From contig KZ539097.1 in assembly GCA_000934665.2 (NCBI GenBank), positions 1 through 33,536 of the forward strand: a stretch of DNA of 33,536 nt. Direction: 5' to 3'. The position numbers were made by a program, and so were the translations under genes. Below, in pieces: positions 1-12,714 of this stretch. Under the pieces are notes generated by a model. It worked only from the letters and a program-made list of their open reading frames with translations. It was not told the DNA's origin and ran no database searches. This DNA is from Catajapyx aquilonaris. Taxonomy: Eukaryota. How positions within the stretch are numbered: the stretch's first letter is position 1; each line of letters starts with the position of its first letter.

Positions 1-78
1 CCCACAATTGGAACTGGTCCCCACAGCTACAGTAAAACCACAGACTTCCGTCCCCAGACCTTAGTCAAGACCTGATCA

Positions 79-121
79 CACCCACCCACACACACACACA
101 CACTCTCTCTCTCTCTCTCTT
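79..121. repeat. (CA)n(CT)n compound microsatellite
   Basis: Direct reading. Confidence 0.9.
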
Positions 122-981
122 TCCCGTTCCCGATGCTAGGACAGTAATATTGGACAGAGAAACACACGTATTAGGTACATCAAGTGAGGCTACTGTAATG
201 TAACATAAAAAGTGCCCACATTCATAACCCATCTTGAACTTGTCTAACTCGGCATAACTTCATATATCACATGAAACAAAATACTGCATCAGTACAACTG
301 GCTATATATGTATTTAAATTATAATAATGGTTATAAGCGGTCTTAAAGTCTGATCATGTAACTATAGGCTATACTCGATACTCTAGCCTATAGATCTACA
401 TACTGTGAGGCTCTTCTCGCAATGCCTGCCATGTTTACATTGCTAGCTAAATATCTTTACGGAAAAATGGTTGCAGTATAATATTTACGAAGCTATGTGG
501 ATCATCTGTTGCTAATCCTATGCCATCGCATCGTCGTGTCTCTCGAGACAAAACTGAATTACACACAGTAATATTGAATGTTAGTGACATGATAAAGATG
601 CATTGTCACATATCATCGGCATGCAACTTCGACTAGCCTGTACTTTGTAGGTATCGGCGGCCTTTGGAGGACAATGGCCCACATACTACATGCACTCGCA
701 CAGCACAAGCGCTCGATATTGACAATACGCCTTCTTCCATAGGCCGCCTGGGGGCAACGGACATGGAACCGCATTGAATCAATGATGCATTGTTATTGCA
801 AGCAGTTATTAACTCTGTATCTATTGGGAGTGTCCCAAGTTCGGTAGTTTCGCACTCTATCGTCTGGTTGCAGTAGAATATGGAACCGTACGTACAGTAC
901 ACTATGAATGTGTCGTACGTTGACATTTTCTGGCATGTGTCACTAGTGCGTCAATAAAGTGAGATAGCTATTATATGGGTC

Positions 982-1212
982 GGGGGACATGGAGGTCTAG
1001 TGGCTATATGCTACTGGCCAGCCAAGCGGGAGGTCAGTGGTTCAAATTCCGTCCCCGTCACCTCTGCTTGGTCGTGTCCTTTTCCGCCTTTCACCCGACA
1101 TGTCCTGGCAGAATTACACCCCCTTCTCTGCCCAGGGCCAAGAGAAAAGGTCTGGTACTTAAGAAGGTCAGAAATGACTACAAACCTCACCATATTGTTG
1201 ATACTTGATACT
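982..1212 (+). mobile_element. tRNA-derived SINE (Gly-like GCC loop)
   Basis: A-box-like TGGAGGTCTAGTGG (990-1003), B-box GGTTCAAATTCC (1039-1050), anticodon-like arm ctggc-cagccaa-gcggg, ~130-nt body and short (ttgatac)2 tail. Confidence 0.65.
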
Positions 1213-2169
1213 GCAATAAATTTAATACTGGGGCACTTTAAATGCAGTCAAGCGACAAAACATCATAAAAATATTATATACATTTGCATGGAACTGTAAT
1301 TGACAAAACATACTAGGCCTACAAGTACATTATTATGCTGCATCTCGCAATTACAGACTACATACTGATCATTAGATAATATTTTAAAAATAACTTTCCC
1401 AGTTAATATGCGCAGGATTTGTTGATTTTAGGAGTGCCGGCCACCTGCTACGTTAATTCAGTGGTGGTAGGCATATCATATCACTAAATCCATGCAGTAC
1501 ATGGCCGGATGATGCTCACTCACCATGCTGCAGGGAGTGTAATTGAGCCCTGATAATTGCAGGCAATTATTATTGCATGTATCATGACTCAATTCAGTCA
1601 CGTTTATTTTCGAAGATATTTGCTAACCTAATATTCAGACTTCACATGCTCCATTTTAATGGGAATGTTCTCACAAAGCCAAGTTTTTTTCCTCCACAAA
1701 AAATCAAAAGGTGAGATGAGTGGATAGCCGCCCATGCAATCCCCCGACCCGAAAATCGAGCACGCACGATGGGCAATGGTCAAGAGTATAGGTTCAATGT
1801 GCAAAAGCATTGTCTCACTGAAGCCTAAATATGAGTGCTAAACGGGACACTAAAATATGCCAGCACGTTAATCAGCACATATTAACAAGTCCTTTTAAAA
1901 GGTCGCCGGTTGCACCATCATATTCCTTCATTCAGAAGGACGTTTGATCCAGCTGCTCCAGTGCCTTCTGGCTGTGGTCCCCTCAGCCAGCGAGGAACGG
2001 TCTTCCAACCACATCTCCCCCAACCCTTCCCCGTTTTTATCTGCCTCATTCACTCGCACACACGCCTGCGACTGATCTGCATATGTTAGGGTAACAAATC
2101 AAGTTCACCCTGACGCTTGTCTCGACGCCCACGCATATCATACGTCACTGCCCAGCAGTACACACTTAC

Positions 2170-2360
2170 CAACATAGGTCTAGACAAGTGGAACTGGCAA
2201 TCGTGTGTCCTTCACGCAATGCTACTGTATACCGAGTCTCACATCAGGTGACGTGACCAGGTTCACGTTTCTTTCGGTCAAGAGCACGGACCTCTGGACC
2301 ATCTGTTGAGTGCTGAATTTCTACGTATACTGGCACGTATACAGTTCCTCGAGGACACTG
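2170..2360 (-). other. Possible alternative first exon of the same downstream gene
   Basis: Consensus donor ATGTTG|gtaagt at 2169 and Inr-like TTCAGT near 2357-2362, in a CpG-rich context. Confidence 0.3.
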
Positions 2361-5300
2361 AAGCAACCGAGATATCTTATTGCATGTCAACATGTCTGAC
2401 AAAATATCTTCTCAACTTCTCTGTAAGGAGGTCGTGAATGTGCTTCTGTAATATTTACAAGGCTTCTGTAACTTACATGTCTCGAGCTACTTATTTAAAA
2501 ACGAAGCAAGTAGCAACTTTTCGTAAATGCCATGATCCTGTACAGTACAGATACACGTGTAAGTAGGGGGTCTACAGAAGCATACACCGCGAAGTCATTA
2601 AAAATAAAGCTTGTTGAGGAGTCGTCCTCCAGCACGAAGCTGCATAGAAAGAGTCAATGTGTTGTTTGAATCTGAACGTGGGAGTTGCCAGTGAGATATA
2701 CAGGATGGTCTGTAATTCCTGTCTAATATAGGTGTGTTCTCGAATTATTCCACACCCAAAAGATGCAGGCTACTTTCTATACTGTATGTATAGTATGAGT
2801 TATAATTAGCCTAGTCATTTAAGAAAAGTCCACGTATCTTAACATTTCTACTCTCGACATTTACGATCATCTCGTATTAATACAGTACCGGTACTTGTAT
2901 ACTTTATTGGTTTATAGTATACATATGATCAAAACACGGAATCAGCCGCCTCATCTGGAATTTGTCCCATGATATTCATCCATTTCTCCGTCAGATAAGT
3001 TCGAATATATATTTACATCAGATATAAGATTTAGTAAGATTAGAAATGTGTACAACCTATAAGGGACGTTGTCATTTACTAACCCAGTATCATGAATAGG
3101 ATAATAAAGGCGCTGTACGTCTATTATGAGGTTGATTGTCAATCTGTCACAATATAACGATAGCATGCCCATCCCTTATATGACAGAAGATGTCAACATA
3201 CATTGTGAAAAGGTCTAGTTATTATTTTCTGGGTCACACCCCAATCTGAATGATAATCCAGTTCCTTCAACTTGATGAAGGACATTAGTTGAGATGGCGG
3301 TGCACGCAAAGAATGAATAAGGCAAAATCAAATACTAACAACTCCAAATTCAAGCAAATATATTCAATACCGTATAGTTATAGGCTGAAGCACGTAAAAA
3401 AATATACAACTGGCTCAGAGAGTGTCCTTTAAATATGTAAATCCACTTTGAAGAATGCTAAAGACTGGGGAGATGTGGACCTCATTTTGCTCTGTGCATA
3501 TTTGAATTTGCACTACAGTGGAGTGCTGTACAAGTATTGACCGCAAAAGTAGGAGTCAGTGGTTTCGTGACCAGGCTGAAACAAAAAAAAAGGTCATTTG
3601 GAGTGTCGCGCACATGCCATAACCCGTGGATGAGCGTGAAAATAACACAGTTATCGACTTGAAATATTTCACAATATGCGAAATTCGGAATTGGTATGAT
3701 TCATTGTCATTCTTAATATGTTCTGAATACTATGACATGGAAAATAATATCACGAATAAGGAGAGGGGTTTTCCCAAATTAGTTGATCAATTTCAGCGGG
3801 CCATAAATTGCAAATGGAAAGGTACGCGCTATTTCGAATGCGCTTAGATACCACCCGTATAAATAAATTAAGTTTTTCAAATTGATGGTGGACCCAGATA
3901 GGCTTGCCAGATTATGAACGACATTAGCCTACATATCACTGTCGCTACTTCCGTCGAATAGCATGAGAGAGTCATAACGAACAGTTAAAAAATTGTAATG
4001 TGTTGGAAACAAATGCCAGTTTCATACAGGCTTGTTTTCATCTCTTATCTTTTTATAGCCTGTTGTAATTTCATAACTAATTTTGGGGTCTCCTAAGACA
4101 TATTCACCAGCATCTAAAATTATTTTAAAATACTGTATATAAGTAGGTTAACGATGCCGATGCACCGTCCTAAATGTCTACAGTACGAGTCGTAAACCAC
4201 ATATCCATAAATGTTGCCTGGAGTCTATATATATGAATAGCTTCTGAAGGGTTGCGACCGTCAATCTAATTCCATATACATATCCCCTAGAGACGGCATA
4301 AGCGACACGCACGGTTACACAACCAGACAAGTGCAAGACACTGTCCATAAATTACACTCACCTCACACTACATGCTATAAAAGCGGAAAAGCATTATGCG
4401 GAAAACAAGTCCTGTGTTTACCTAGTACTATTTCACATCCTCACATTCCCCATTTGTTTTGGTCCAAGGAAAACCACTTGTCATTTGCATGACCAGCATC
4501 TACTTTGCCACAGATCGTAGGCGTATCGTATTACGACCACAGCTTATATTTGGCTTTTAACTAAGAATCCTAATCTTAGCATTGACCTACATGAAGGGTG
4601 CGGCTGCATCAGGTGTACAACAAAAAAAATTGCTAACTATGCAAAGAAATTGACGAACTGACCTCGGGGCAACTCCTAATATTACGCAAGCCCAAGCACA
4701 TGGAGGACAAAAAAATGACCTTGTGACGCTTCTAAACAGATCCAGTTCCGGTACTTTTTAAACGCAGCTGATTCTCAGATCTCTTCGGATGATTTTTTAT
4801 TATTATTATTTTCTAAATGAGAAAACCGGGATATGATCTACTAGGTTTCTCAACACGCCTCCCAGACAGGCCGTGTACAGCTCTCAAGTGTTCGTGGCAA
4901 CCATCCTATATAAATCCATTGTGTATTCATCCACACGAATTTCCTCGAATTTTCCACGTGTAAAATTTCGTGCTCACGAATAAACAACAATGATGTCGAA
5001 AGAAACCAGAAGCGATCCTTTTAATGCACACCCCCGTTAAACCTGGATGAAATATTTTTTTTCTGTCTTTCCATTCGTGTTGTTTGTTGGTGGCCGGTAC
5101 ATCTTCGGCAGCACGCTATCCGACTCCCATCGATTTGATTCTGGACATGCAGAATATCGAGGGCGTGTAAGGCAACGCCAGGTACGTAGCCTTCCTACGT
5201 ACCGTCGACGATCTAAGTGCATGCTTGGAAGGCAGGGGGGAATGACGATGAGGGGGTGAAGGAGTCTTGACCTAACCTACATATCGAACTGCGCAGTTGT

Positions 5301-6701
5301 TCGTCGCATGTGATACTATCGAAACAACAGGCTCGATATTGGCGGTGTGAAGAAACCTTGTCAATGGCGGAACTATTTCTGGGGGCTTATTGTTGGTAGA
5401 GACTTCATATCCCATTCACAATAACCGTACAGGGCAACTAAATTTAGTCGAGACTTGCGTCTTGACAATTGGGGGCACTCAATTGACTGCGGTTATATTT
5501 TTACCCACATTCCCAAATAAAAAGGACGTCGGCACTTGTGAATTTTTGAACGTGTGGGCGAGGTGGGTTGTTGGAAAGTTGGCTACAATCAAAGGGCCAT
5601 TGCCGACCCAACCAAAATATTTAGGTAGGCTGATGTGCTCCACTGTGTCCCTGGAGTACGGAAAGTGACATGTATGGCCTTGTAAATAATTCGGGGAAGA
5701 AAAGGACAGAATAAAATCAGACAGGAAAACAAGAAAATCCATATGTTGGAAACTTTTTTGTAGTTATACTATTTTAGAGGTCGCGTGATCGTCATTTACG
5801 ACATGGTATGTAAGACTTTGATATTTCGGGAATCATATCTTGCAAGATCTTTTTATACTCAACGTTGTGGAAGGACAGGCCGCTTAGTGCGGTATAAAAA
5901 GTCACTAACCTCATTCCCGAAATATCTCTCCGTCTTGAACCCAGTATAGGTTAAGCCAGAAAGCTATATTCGCATTACACGAAGTCAAATGTCGGTGAGA
6001 CTTTTTCTCCCCATCATAACTGCACTATATAGCTTGGTGCAGCCTATTTATACGACAACATCTTGCTTTCATAGTATATTTCTCAGGGTTATGCTAATTT
6101 TTGAACGCCTCGCAGGCTAGAAATCATCCAACTTGAACAGGAGAATTCTCCTTCAGAGCCCTAAAATTATTCGTATGTGGGGGAGTTTGACAGTTAATAA
6201 ATTTTGATCCAATATTTATCACATTCCTATCATATACCGGTATACATCCCATATCTGATTGTACAGTACTGTACAAGTGAATTTATAAGAAAATTTGTGT
6301 TGCGAACACGATCGGTTGTGAATACCTTTGCATAATATATTTTCCCTTAGAGGCTTCAACGTAACTGATATAAAATCATTTTCACAGGCACATTCACAGC
6401 TGACATCAGATAATGATGTCTACAGTAGGCAATAAACACGGCTAATAGGTAGACTACAACAAAGTCAATAAATTGACGAATTCAGTGTTACATTCCCGAT
6501 TCGCAACAAGCCCGGAAGTGCATCAATTACAGCTGCTGCAGGCTAGATGTTCTATATAGCTCCTAATCCCTCCACTATAATCTATTTCAATACAAAGAGT
6601 GACATAATATGTGATTACTAACAGATAATTTTTGTCCTTGCCTCTGGCGAGCAGGTAATCAACACGCTTGCATTCACGTCAGTATAGCAGAAATTTATGT
6701 A

Positions 6702-6946
6702 CAGGGTGATCAAAAAGTATCTTGTGCACCTGATATGATTACATTACAGAATACACAAAAATAGTTTGAAGCACTATCTATTATGCTCAGATATAGTTAC
6801 AAGCAATGTGAAAGTGTCCCTCGACAGTCTCCCGACATTTATACGTGACCACTGTACGTGGTTGAAACTATATCAAACTTATTTTTGCATGTTTTTGTAC
6901 TGTAATCATCAGGTGCACACTGCACGGATACTTTTTGTTAACCATG
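6702..6946. mobile_element. Tc1/mariner-type MITE
   Basis: TA|CAGGGTGATCAAAAAGTATC..GTGCACCTGAT ... ATCAGGTGCAC..GATACTTTTTGTTAACCATG|TA; imperfect TIRs with TA duplication. Confidence 0.8.
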
Positions 6947-9068
6947 TACCGTATATAGCTTTGTTAATACACTATTATGGACCTGTGCAACGAAATGTTA
7001 ACTCTTTATCGCTTACGTTTCACTTTACTCTGTAAGTGGTATCATGACAAAGCCCATATCAGGTGGTTCGAGATAACCTCTCCACGCCCTGTCACGAAGC
7101 AAACTTTAATATTTAATAACTACGAACCCAAGGTATCCATAGCTCTCACGTATTTAGGCTACATTAATCTATTACGCACCCCTCATATTAAAGTATTTAT
7201 GAAGCCAGGTCTTGCCAAAGTGGCACTTGAATTCAAGCACCAATTGAATGTTATCATGATATACTGTATTATCACACCGCGCTACTAGCAGTTTATATTG
7301 TGAACCGTGTGAAAATGTGAAATGCAACCGAACAATTTTTGTGAATAATATTATAATAATAATAATAGAAATTCCGTGGGAAATCACATACAGGGTGTCC
7401 CAGACAAAAGCTACTAGTCGCAGAGGTAAAAATGTCGCGGACCACTACAATGAAATGATTAGGCATACTTTGTAATCCTTAAAATGTTGCCAAACACCAC
7501 ATGAAATAAGAAACGTCAAAAAACTGAAACTTACGAGATGTTCTTGCAGCATTCCAAGATACATTCCTTGATTAATAGCGTAAAATCAATCAAACCGGAA
7601 GATTCGCATGCCGGTCCCATCCAGGATCAATCCTGCTTAATAATGCAACCCCCAGTGAGTAAAAGTATCCCATATACCAAGCATTGATTTTTGATGCAAC
7701 AATAGTATCGATTTACTTCGAGCAGGTCTCATGTTTTATGTACCCATAGCACCCACTCCCTTATTGTGTGGCTAAAAGAGATCGTAATTTTGCGGATGAC
7801 CTTAGATCCCACGACGGAATTCACAAATCACAAAGGAGAGCAAATGAGATACACCACCAAGAAACTCAGTTGACGGCCAGAGCTGTCATGCTGGTACAAT
7901 ATTTGACACCTTGTATACGATTACATTTTCAAGACCACACACTTCACACCTAGTCTGAAGAGTGCGTATCTTCCACTAAATATAATGAATGGCGGATATT
8001 GCACCCAGATCTACACGGTCGCGATTAAGATGAATAGTCTTTTGGATAACATCACACCAAATTGTGTACCAGTACATGTAGTACCGTACAATGAAGCCGA
8101 AGAAAAAAGCAGACATTGCGTGCGGAGTGGTGTGAAATCTTTGCCCCACTTATCCGCAAAAGGGCGTCTTTTGTGCTTTGTATACGCAAATTAAGTCTCT
8201 TATAGGTATATTTTTCCGATGCAGGAATAAGTAGATATTGTTTGAATATTCAAATTCAGATTGTAGGGTGTTCCGTATACAGACCAAGTTTAGCTGTAGA
8301 TGAATAACTTAGTATTCAGAACCGAAAGCACTAATGAATTTTATTTTGCGTCTGGGTTTATCGACGCCAGGTTGTATCAGAAAGTGTTTTTAGGTAAATG
8401 CTCACGTGGGTTTATCCATCAATTCTATGCCGTGGTGTTGCACCTTGGCCGAAAAACATTTTGATAGTGATAAGACTGGTCAGAAGAATGATGGATCGGG
8501 TTTTGTGCAGGCTACCAAACAGCAGTCAATGACTCTCACGTGTGTGAACGGAAATCAGTGCACTTCTCAAGCCATGTGTGTATGTAGTAAGATCAAGTTT
8601 ATGTTTCTCGTCGCTGTGTCCTAGACGTAGGTTAGTGCCCGTGCAGCAGTCCCAAATCGACGCTGGGGACCTCGAGCCATTGACTTCCAGTCGGTATAGG
8701 CTACGCCACAAAATTCTGAACCATCTGGTATAACTCTAGCCTCAGAACCACTTGGAGTGTCATATTAGTTGCGGGTGTCCCATTGTGGTGACAACTCTTA
8801 ATATGAACATGTGTCTCCGACAAACATATGTTGCTATGTTTTCCTTCCGCCGATTTTTGTCTTCAGGAGGGGTAGACATATCATGTTAGAAGCTGGGTGA
8901 GCCACACATATCGATTTCAGCAGAAACTGAAATCTACATTGATTTCAAAACGTTTCAAGTCATAAAATATGACAATAGCCACCGCTTCATAAAAATACTG
9001 TTTATGAGCTGTAATATCAGTTTGTACAAAGCTAGGGGTCAAAAATAACCTATGAGTAAGTGCAACAG

Positions 9069-9069
<1 letters not shown>

Positions 9070-9133
<64 letters not shown>

Positions 9134-9146
9134 ACACATACACACA
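9070..9146. repeat. (CT)~30 microsatellite followed by a short CA tract
   Basis: Direct reading; source of the ERERER ORF. Confidence 0.95.
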
Positions 9147-9204
9147 TGTCAGGGCGGACGTGCACAATAATGGGCAATAATTGAGCGCAAAATGATAACT
9201 ATAC

Positions 9205-9295
9205 CTTTACTGCTGGAGACACTTGGAGCTTGCTGGATAGCCACTGCTCCCAAATCATCTGCCAGGTTGTCCATGTTGTTTGCCACTTGAGTCAT
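9205..9295 (-). CDS. Probable first coding exon of an unidentified gene (MTQVANNMDNLADDLGAVAIQQAPSVSSSK, phase-1 donor)
   Basis: ATG in A-rich context (gaaatATG), 30 codons of protein-like sequence, donor AAG|gtatag. I see no minus-strand ATG in the ~490 nt upstream (9296-9786), while the plus strand has over ten. Confidence 0.7.
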
Positions 9296-9790
9296 ATTTC
9301 AATACGAAAAAAATACCCCTTCCCTTCCCCAATAAAAAAAAGGAGCGTATAAAATGCACGCAACTGTTCCAATGAGTCCTCTACCGATGCACAAAACCGC
9401 GGGAGAACCGAAGGTGAAAATTCAAATGGGCAATGCGTGGGTATGTGGATCTGGGAGAGGTTAAGCAAGGCGCACTTGTCAGCCCAATAATGATGGCAAA
9501 TGAATGGGATGGTAGACGAGCGGAATACTCGGATTGGCCAAAAGACACGCACGACCGTCCTGATCCTGGGGATCCGTATGAGTGAGTGTACTGAGTGATA
9601 CGGTAGTTGAGAGCAGAGAGGGAAGGGAGCTAGGGAGGGGGTGGGGAGGACCAGAGGAAGGAGGACTTCTGGAAATGAGGCGCGAAGGGCGGCTGACTGC
9701 CACGCACGGTTCCCAATATGCGCCTAACTACACTTACGCGCAGTAGAGCGCGCAGCTCTCGGCCACTGCTTCCCTACAGCTATAGTCATT
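9296..9790 (-). promoter_or_regulatory. Promoter/5'UTR of the gene starting at 9295
   Basis: CpG/GC-rich, with a CT-rich tract on the minus strand (9610-9665), an Inr-like TCAGT near 9590-9594, and a consensus donor cgc|gtaagt at 9737 suggesting an extra non-coding exon. Confidence 0.55.
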
Positions 9791-9829
9791 ACGCACTATT
9801 ACATACACTACTTCACTGGGGAGCCTGGA

Positions 9830-9912
9830 CATACAATGTTGCTAGATATCTTTTGACTCAACCTGTACTCAGTAGAAAACATTCAATCGGAGGATAATTT
9901 TAATACCCTGTA
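9830..9912. mobile_element. Two orphan Tc1/mariner-like right ends
   Basis: cttttgactcaacctg|TA near 9850-9867 and ggataattttaataccctg|TA near 9892-9912, reverse complements of CAGG(G/T)T-type termini. Confidence 0.4.
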
Positions 9913-10267
9913 TACTGTACAATAATTAGAATAAATAGGCTTTTGGTAAAAATATTTCATTGGCGCATGCTATTACAAATGGCCTCATTAAATACAAGTA
10001 TATTCCAAATTACTGCGAGGTGGCGTGCAGGGTATAGCTGCACTGTAGGCCCATATAACTATCGTGTGGCCGGCCATATAAGTATTGTTTACACGCAATG
10101 CATTTTGGCTCTGAGCAGTACTTTGCATAATGTACGATAAGAAAAATGTACGTATAAGAGGGTGGGTGGGTTGGGGTTAAAAGTGCATTAGACATATGGC
10201 AATATTGATGGGGAATCGGAAAGTTCATCAGGTAGGACAAATCGAATTATCGAGGGTGAATTACTTA

Positions 10268-10676
10268 TGTCAAGGGGTTAACCACTTCGGTATAGGCTAA
10301 AATGTGCTACCAATTTCATCAAATACTGTACACACCCATTCAAATCTCCCACATTCACCTAAGCTCGTGTGACCTTAAAATCCCCCCCCCCCCCCCNNNN
10401 NNNNNNNNNNNNNNNNNNNNNNNNNNNNNNNNNNNNNNNNNNNNNNNNNNNNNNNNNNNNNNNNNNNNNNNNNNNNNNNNNNNNNNNNNNNNNNNNNNNN
10501 NNNNNNNNNNNNNNNNNNNNNNNNNNNNNNNNNNNNNNNNNNNNNNNNNNNNNNNNNNNNNNNNNNNCCCCCCCCCCCCCCCCCATCGAAAGTCTGGATC
10601 CGCCCCTGCTCTTTGGTACTCCTTGAATTTGGTACTCCAGTGTACACTTTACAGTCGAGTGGTTAACCCCTTGACT
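10268..10676. mobile_element. TIR element spanning the assembly gap, with a nested hAT-like end
   Basis: TA|TGTCAAGGGGTTAACCACT ... AGTGGTTAACCCCTTGACT|TA. The internal CTGGATCCGCCCCTG (10594-10608) is the reverse complement of a CAGGGGCGGATCCAG terminus. Confidence 0.6.
10397..10567. other. Assembly gap (171 N) flanked by poly-C
   Basis: Direct reading. Confidence 1.
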
Positions 10677-11739
10677 TATGTTTTCTGCGGTACTTTTATG
10701 CCAACAGGAAGTTTTCTGTGCTAATTTTTTGCATGACGACGGGGAATAATGATTATTGAAGTGTGAAATCGAAAAGGGCGGCAGCTTGTTGCAAACTGCG
10801 CATATATGCACTTCCTTCCCTGAGTCGTCCTCAAGGCGTAGCTATAGGAATTGCTGTTGGGTTCTGAAATAAATGCTAGGAAGTATAAGGTAGGAAATTC
10901 GTCGAGCAACCATTTTAAATTGTTCATTAAGGTATTTGATGCAAATGGTACTTGATAGTGTGTACTAAAAATGAAAACTAGAATATTTATTACAAAACAA
11001 AAATACCAGGTTGAAATATTAGTGGTGTCAGAGTGTTGTGAATTAGTAATAATTATTTTTACACTTGAAACGTCCCCAGATGTGCTAGGAAGCTGCAATA
11101 ATTTTATTTTTTTATTTGTTGAGTCATAATGTTCACTAAAACTGATATTAATGACTGTGATGATTATGCATTTTTTTGCACAATGTGGCATTAGGCCTAC
11201 TGCAAATATCGAGGGTGAGAGACGGCGGCGCGTGATCAGAAGGGCGTATGAACAATGCTTCATATACCGGTGTGACCGTGTGATGGAATTCATTTAATAT
11301 TCAGTATTAGTGAACTATTATGTCACTAAATATTGGGCATCATCTACTAATGTCACCGAAACTAAAATTACTGCCGCTACCTCTAGGGCCACTTATGTGA
11401 CCATTTAAACTTAAACAAAACTGCAAATTCTCATACTTTCACGGTTCAAATATCTCACCTCTGTATTCCTGATTCTCAATTCTAGCTTTCACTTTTCAAA
11501 GTAGCCTACACCATATTATCTATCAAGCATCATTTTCAATGATTCTTGCTGTTTAATTTCTAACACCTGTTCATTAAAATAATATCACTATTAATTGTCA
11601 AGTGCGGCTGGCATAATAAAACACGGGGAAGACTACAGAAAATGTGGGGAGGTATGAGTAATTACGACAAATTATAATGAGGTGTTCAAATAATTCACAA
11701 AATTTTAGAATGATGTCTATTAGAATATAATACAGTTAG

Positions 11740-11822
11740 CATGTTTGTTGTTGTATTGTTGTTGCTGGTTCATAGAGAGCAGTCGTTATGGCCCCGAAGA
11801 GCCTTTCGCTGAAGCACCAGAG
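11740..11822 (-). mobile_element. Probable 3' end of a LINE/SINE with (CAA)n tail
   Basis: Minus strand reads ...ggggccataacgactgctctctatgaaccagcaacaacaatacaacaac. Confidence 0.35.
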
Positions 11823-12118
11823 TAATCCTGCTCAACAATGAGGAATAAGAAAAAAACATCGAATTTCGTACGACACCGTAAGGGGAAGAGGTGTTTTTAG
11901 TATATGAGACAATCTCAGAGACAACGTGAGAACCCCGAGAAACTCCCGCGAATCCAGAGAGAAATGCACCACATTTATTTAGTAAAATACTGACCGAGAA
12001 ATGGAACGACCCTTGCCCTTATTGCATTATCCGGAAGAGTTTTTATTGTGGTGCCAGAGTGATCCGCGAGCGAGCATTGTGACCAGCATACTGAATATCT
12101 CACGGCGTTCTGCATGAG

Positions 12119-12408
12119 AAAAAACCAGCTAACCTTTCGCACGTGGGAGAGAGAAAACAAGAGTAGCGGGAAAGGTTATACGAAAACCAGACGCAAAGTC
12201 TGGATACAGGCTAATACTGCTAAATGGGCAATATCTCAGGAGATATAGAGACGGAACTATTAGGCCTAGGAAACAACTCCTTAGGAATTCTCCTGGAGGA
12301 ACCGTGGGCAACCACAGAAAACCACGGTTAGAGTTGCCGGCACCGGGATTCGAACCCAGGACCTCCCGATTAGCAGTCGGATACCACATCCCCTCCGCCA
12401 CCACTGCT
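12119..12408 (-). mobile_element. tRNA-derived SINE
   Basis: A-box-like GGTGGCGGAGGGG, anticodon-like arm tccga-ctgctaa-tcggg, intact B-box GGTTCGAATCC (12346-12356). The GGTTTTCTGTGGTT...CCTCCAGG body recalls Lm1/Talua-type arthropod SINEs (from memory, not searched). Confidence 0.75.
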
Positions 12409-12714
12409 TCGGTAAATCTGACCTAATGTAAGAAAGTAATGTCTGAACAACAATAAAAATCGCTTTGGTAGGTTCAATTGAGATGGATTTTATACCAGGC
12501 AGGTACTCAAGTCGAGTGTTCGCCTGCCACCTTTTTTGTGTCTATTCAGTCGGCTTCGAATGGTCATGGAAGAAAGGTCACCGCATTTCCAAATTCAGGC
12601 TCAACCGGATTTTAAGCTGTGCATAAAATACCTCTGGCTAAGTACTACTTACTCTCATGTAGCAATTTGAATGTGACCTTGAAATATCGGTGCCAGACGT
12701 TCTTTTGTTGAGGC

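Noticed and set aside
7030..7110. GGTTCGAGA B-box-like word in a weak stem as a vault RNA candidate
   Set aside because: No convincing A box or T4 terminator; ttcgagataac is also a common MITE subterminal word.
7389..8160. Decayed mariner (TA|CAGGGTGTCCCA end; EWRILHPDL resembling WPPYSPDL)
   Set aside because: No partner TIR, and the peptide similarity is too short.
8620..8712. Possible very old SINE head on the minus strand
   Set aside because: The B box is too degenerate to support a call.
8917..9177. ORF with an ER repeat
   Set aside because: It is the translation of the (CT)n microsatellite.
10302..10811. ORFs with poly-P or poly-G and X runs
   Set aside because: Artefacts of the poly-C tracts and the N gap.
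10721..11293. Longest listed ORF (190 aa, minus strand)
   Set aside because: AT-rich with I/N/S/F bias, no recognisable motif or splice support; likely a chance ORF.
12335..12408. tRNA gene call for this and the other A/B-box regions
   Set aside because: D-arms and acceptor stems do not form properly and SINE-like bodies follow.
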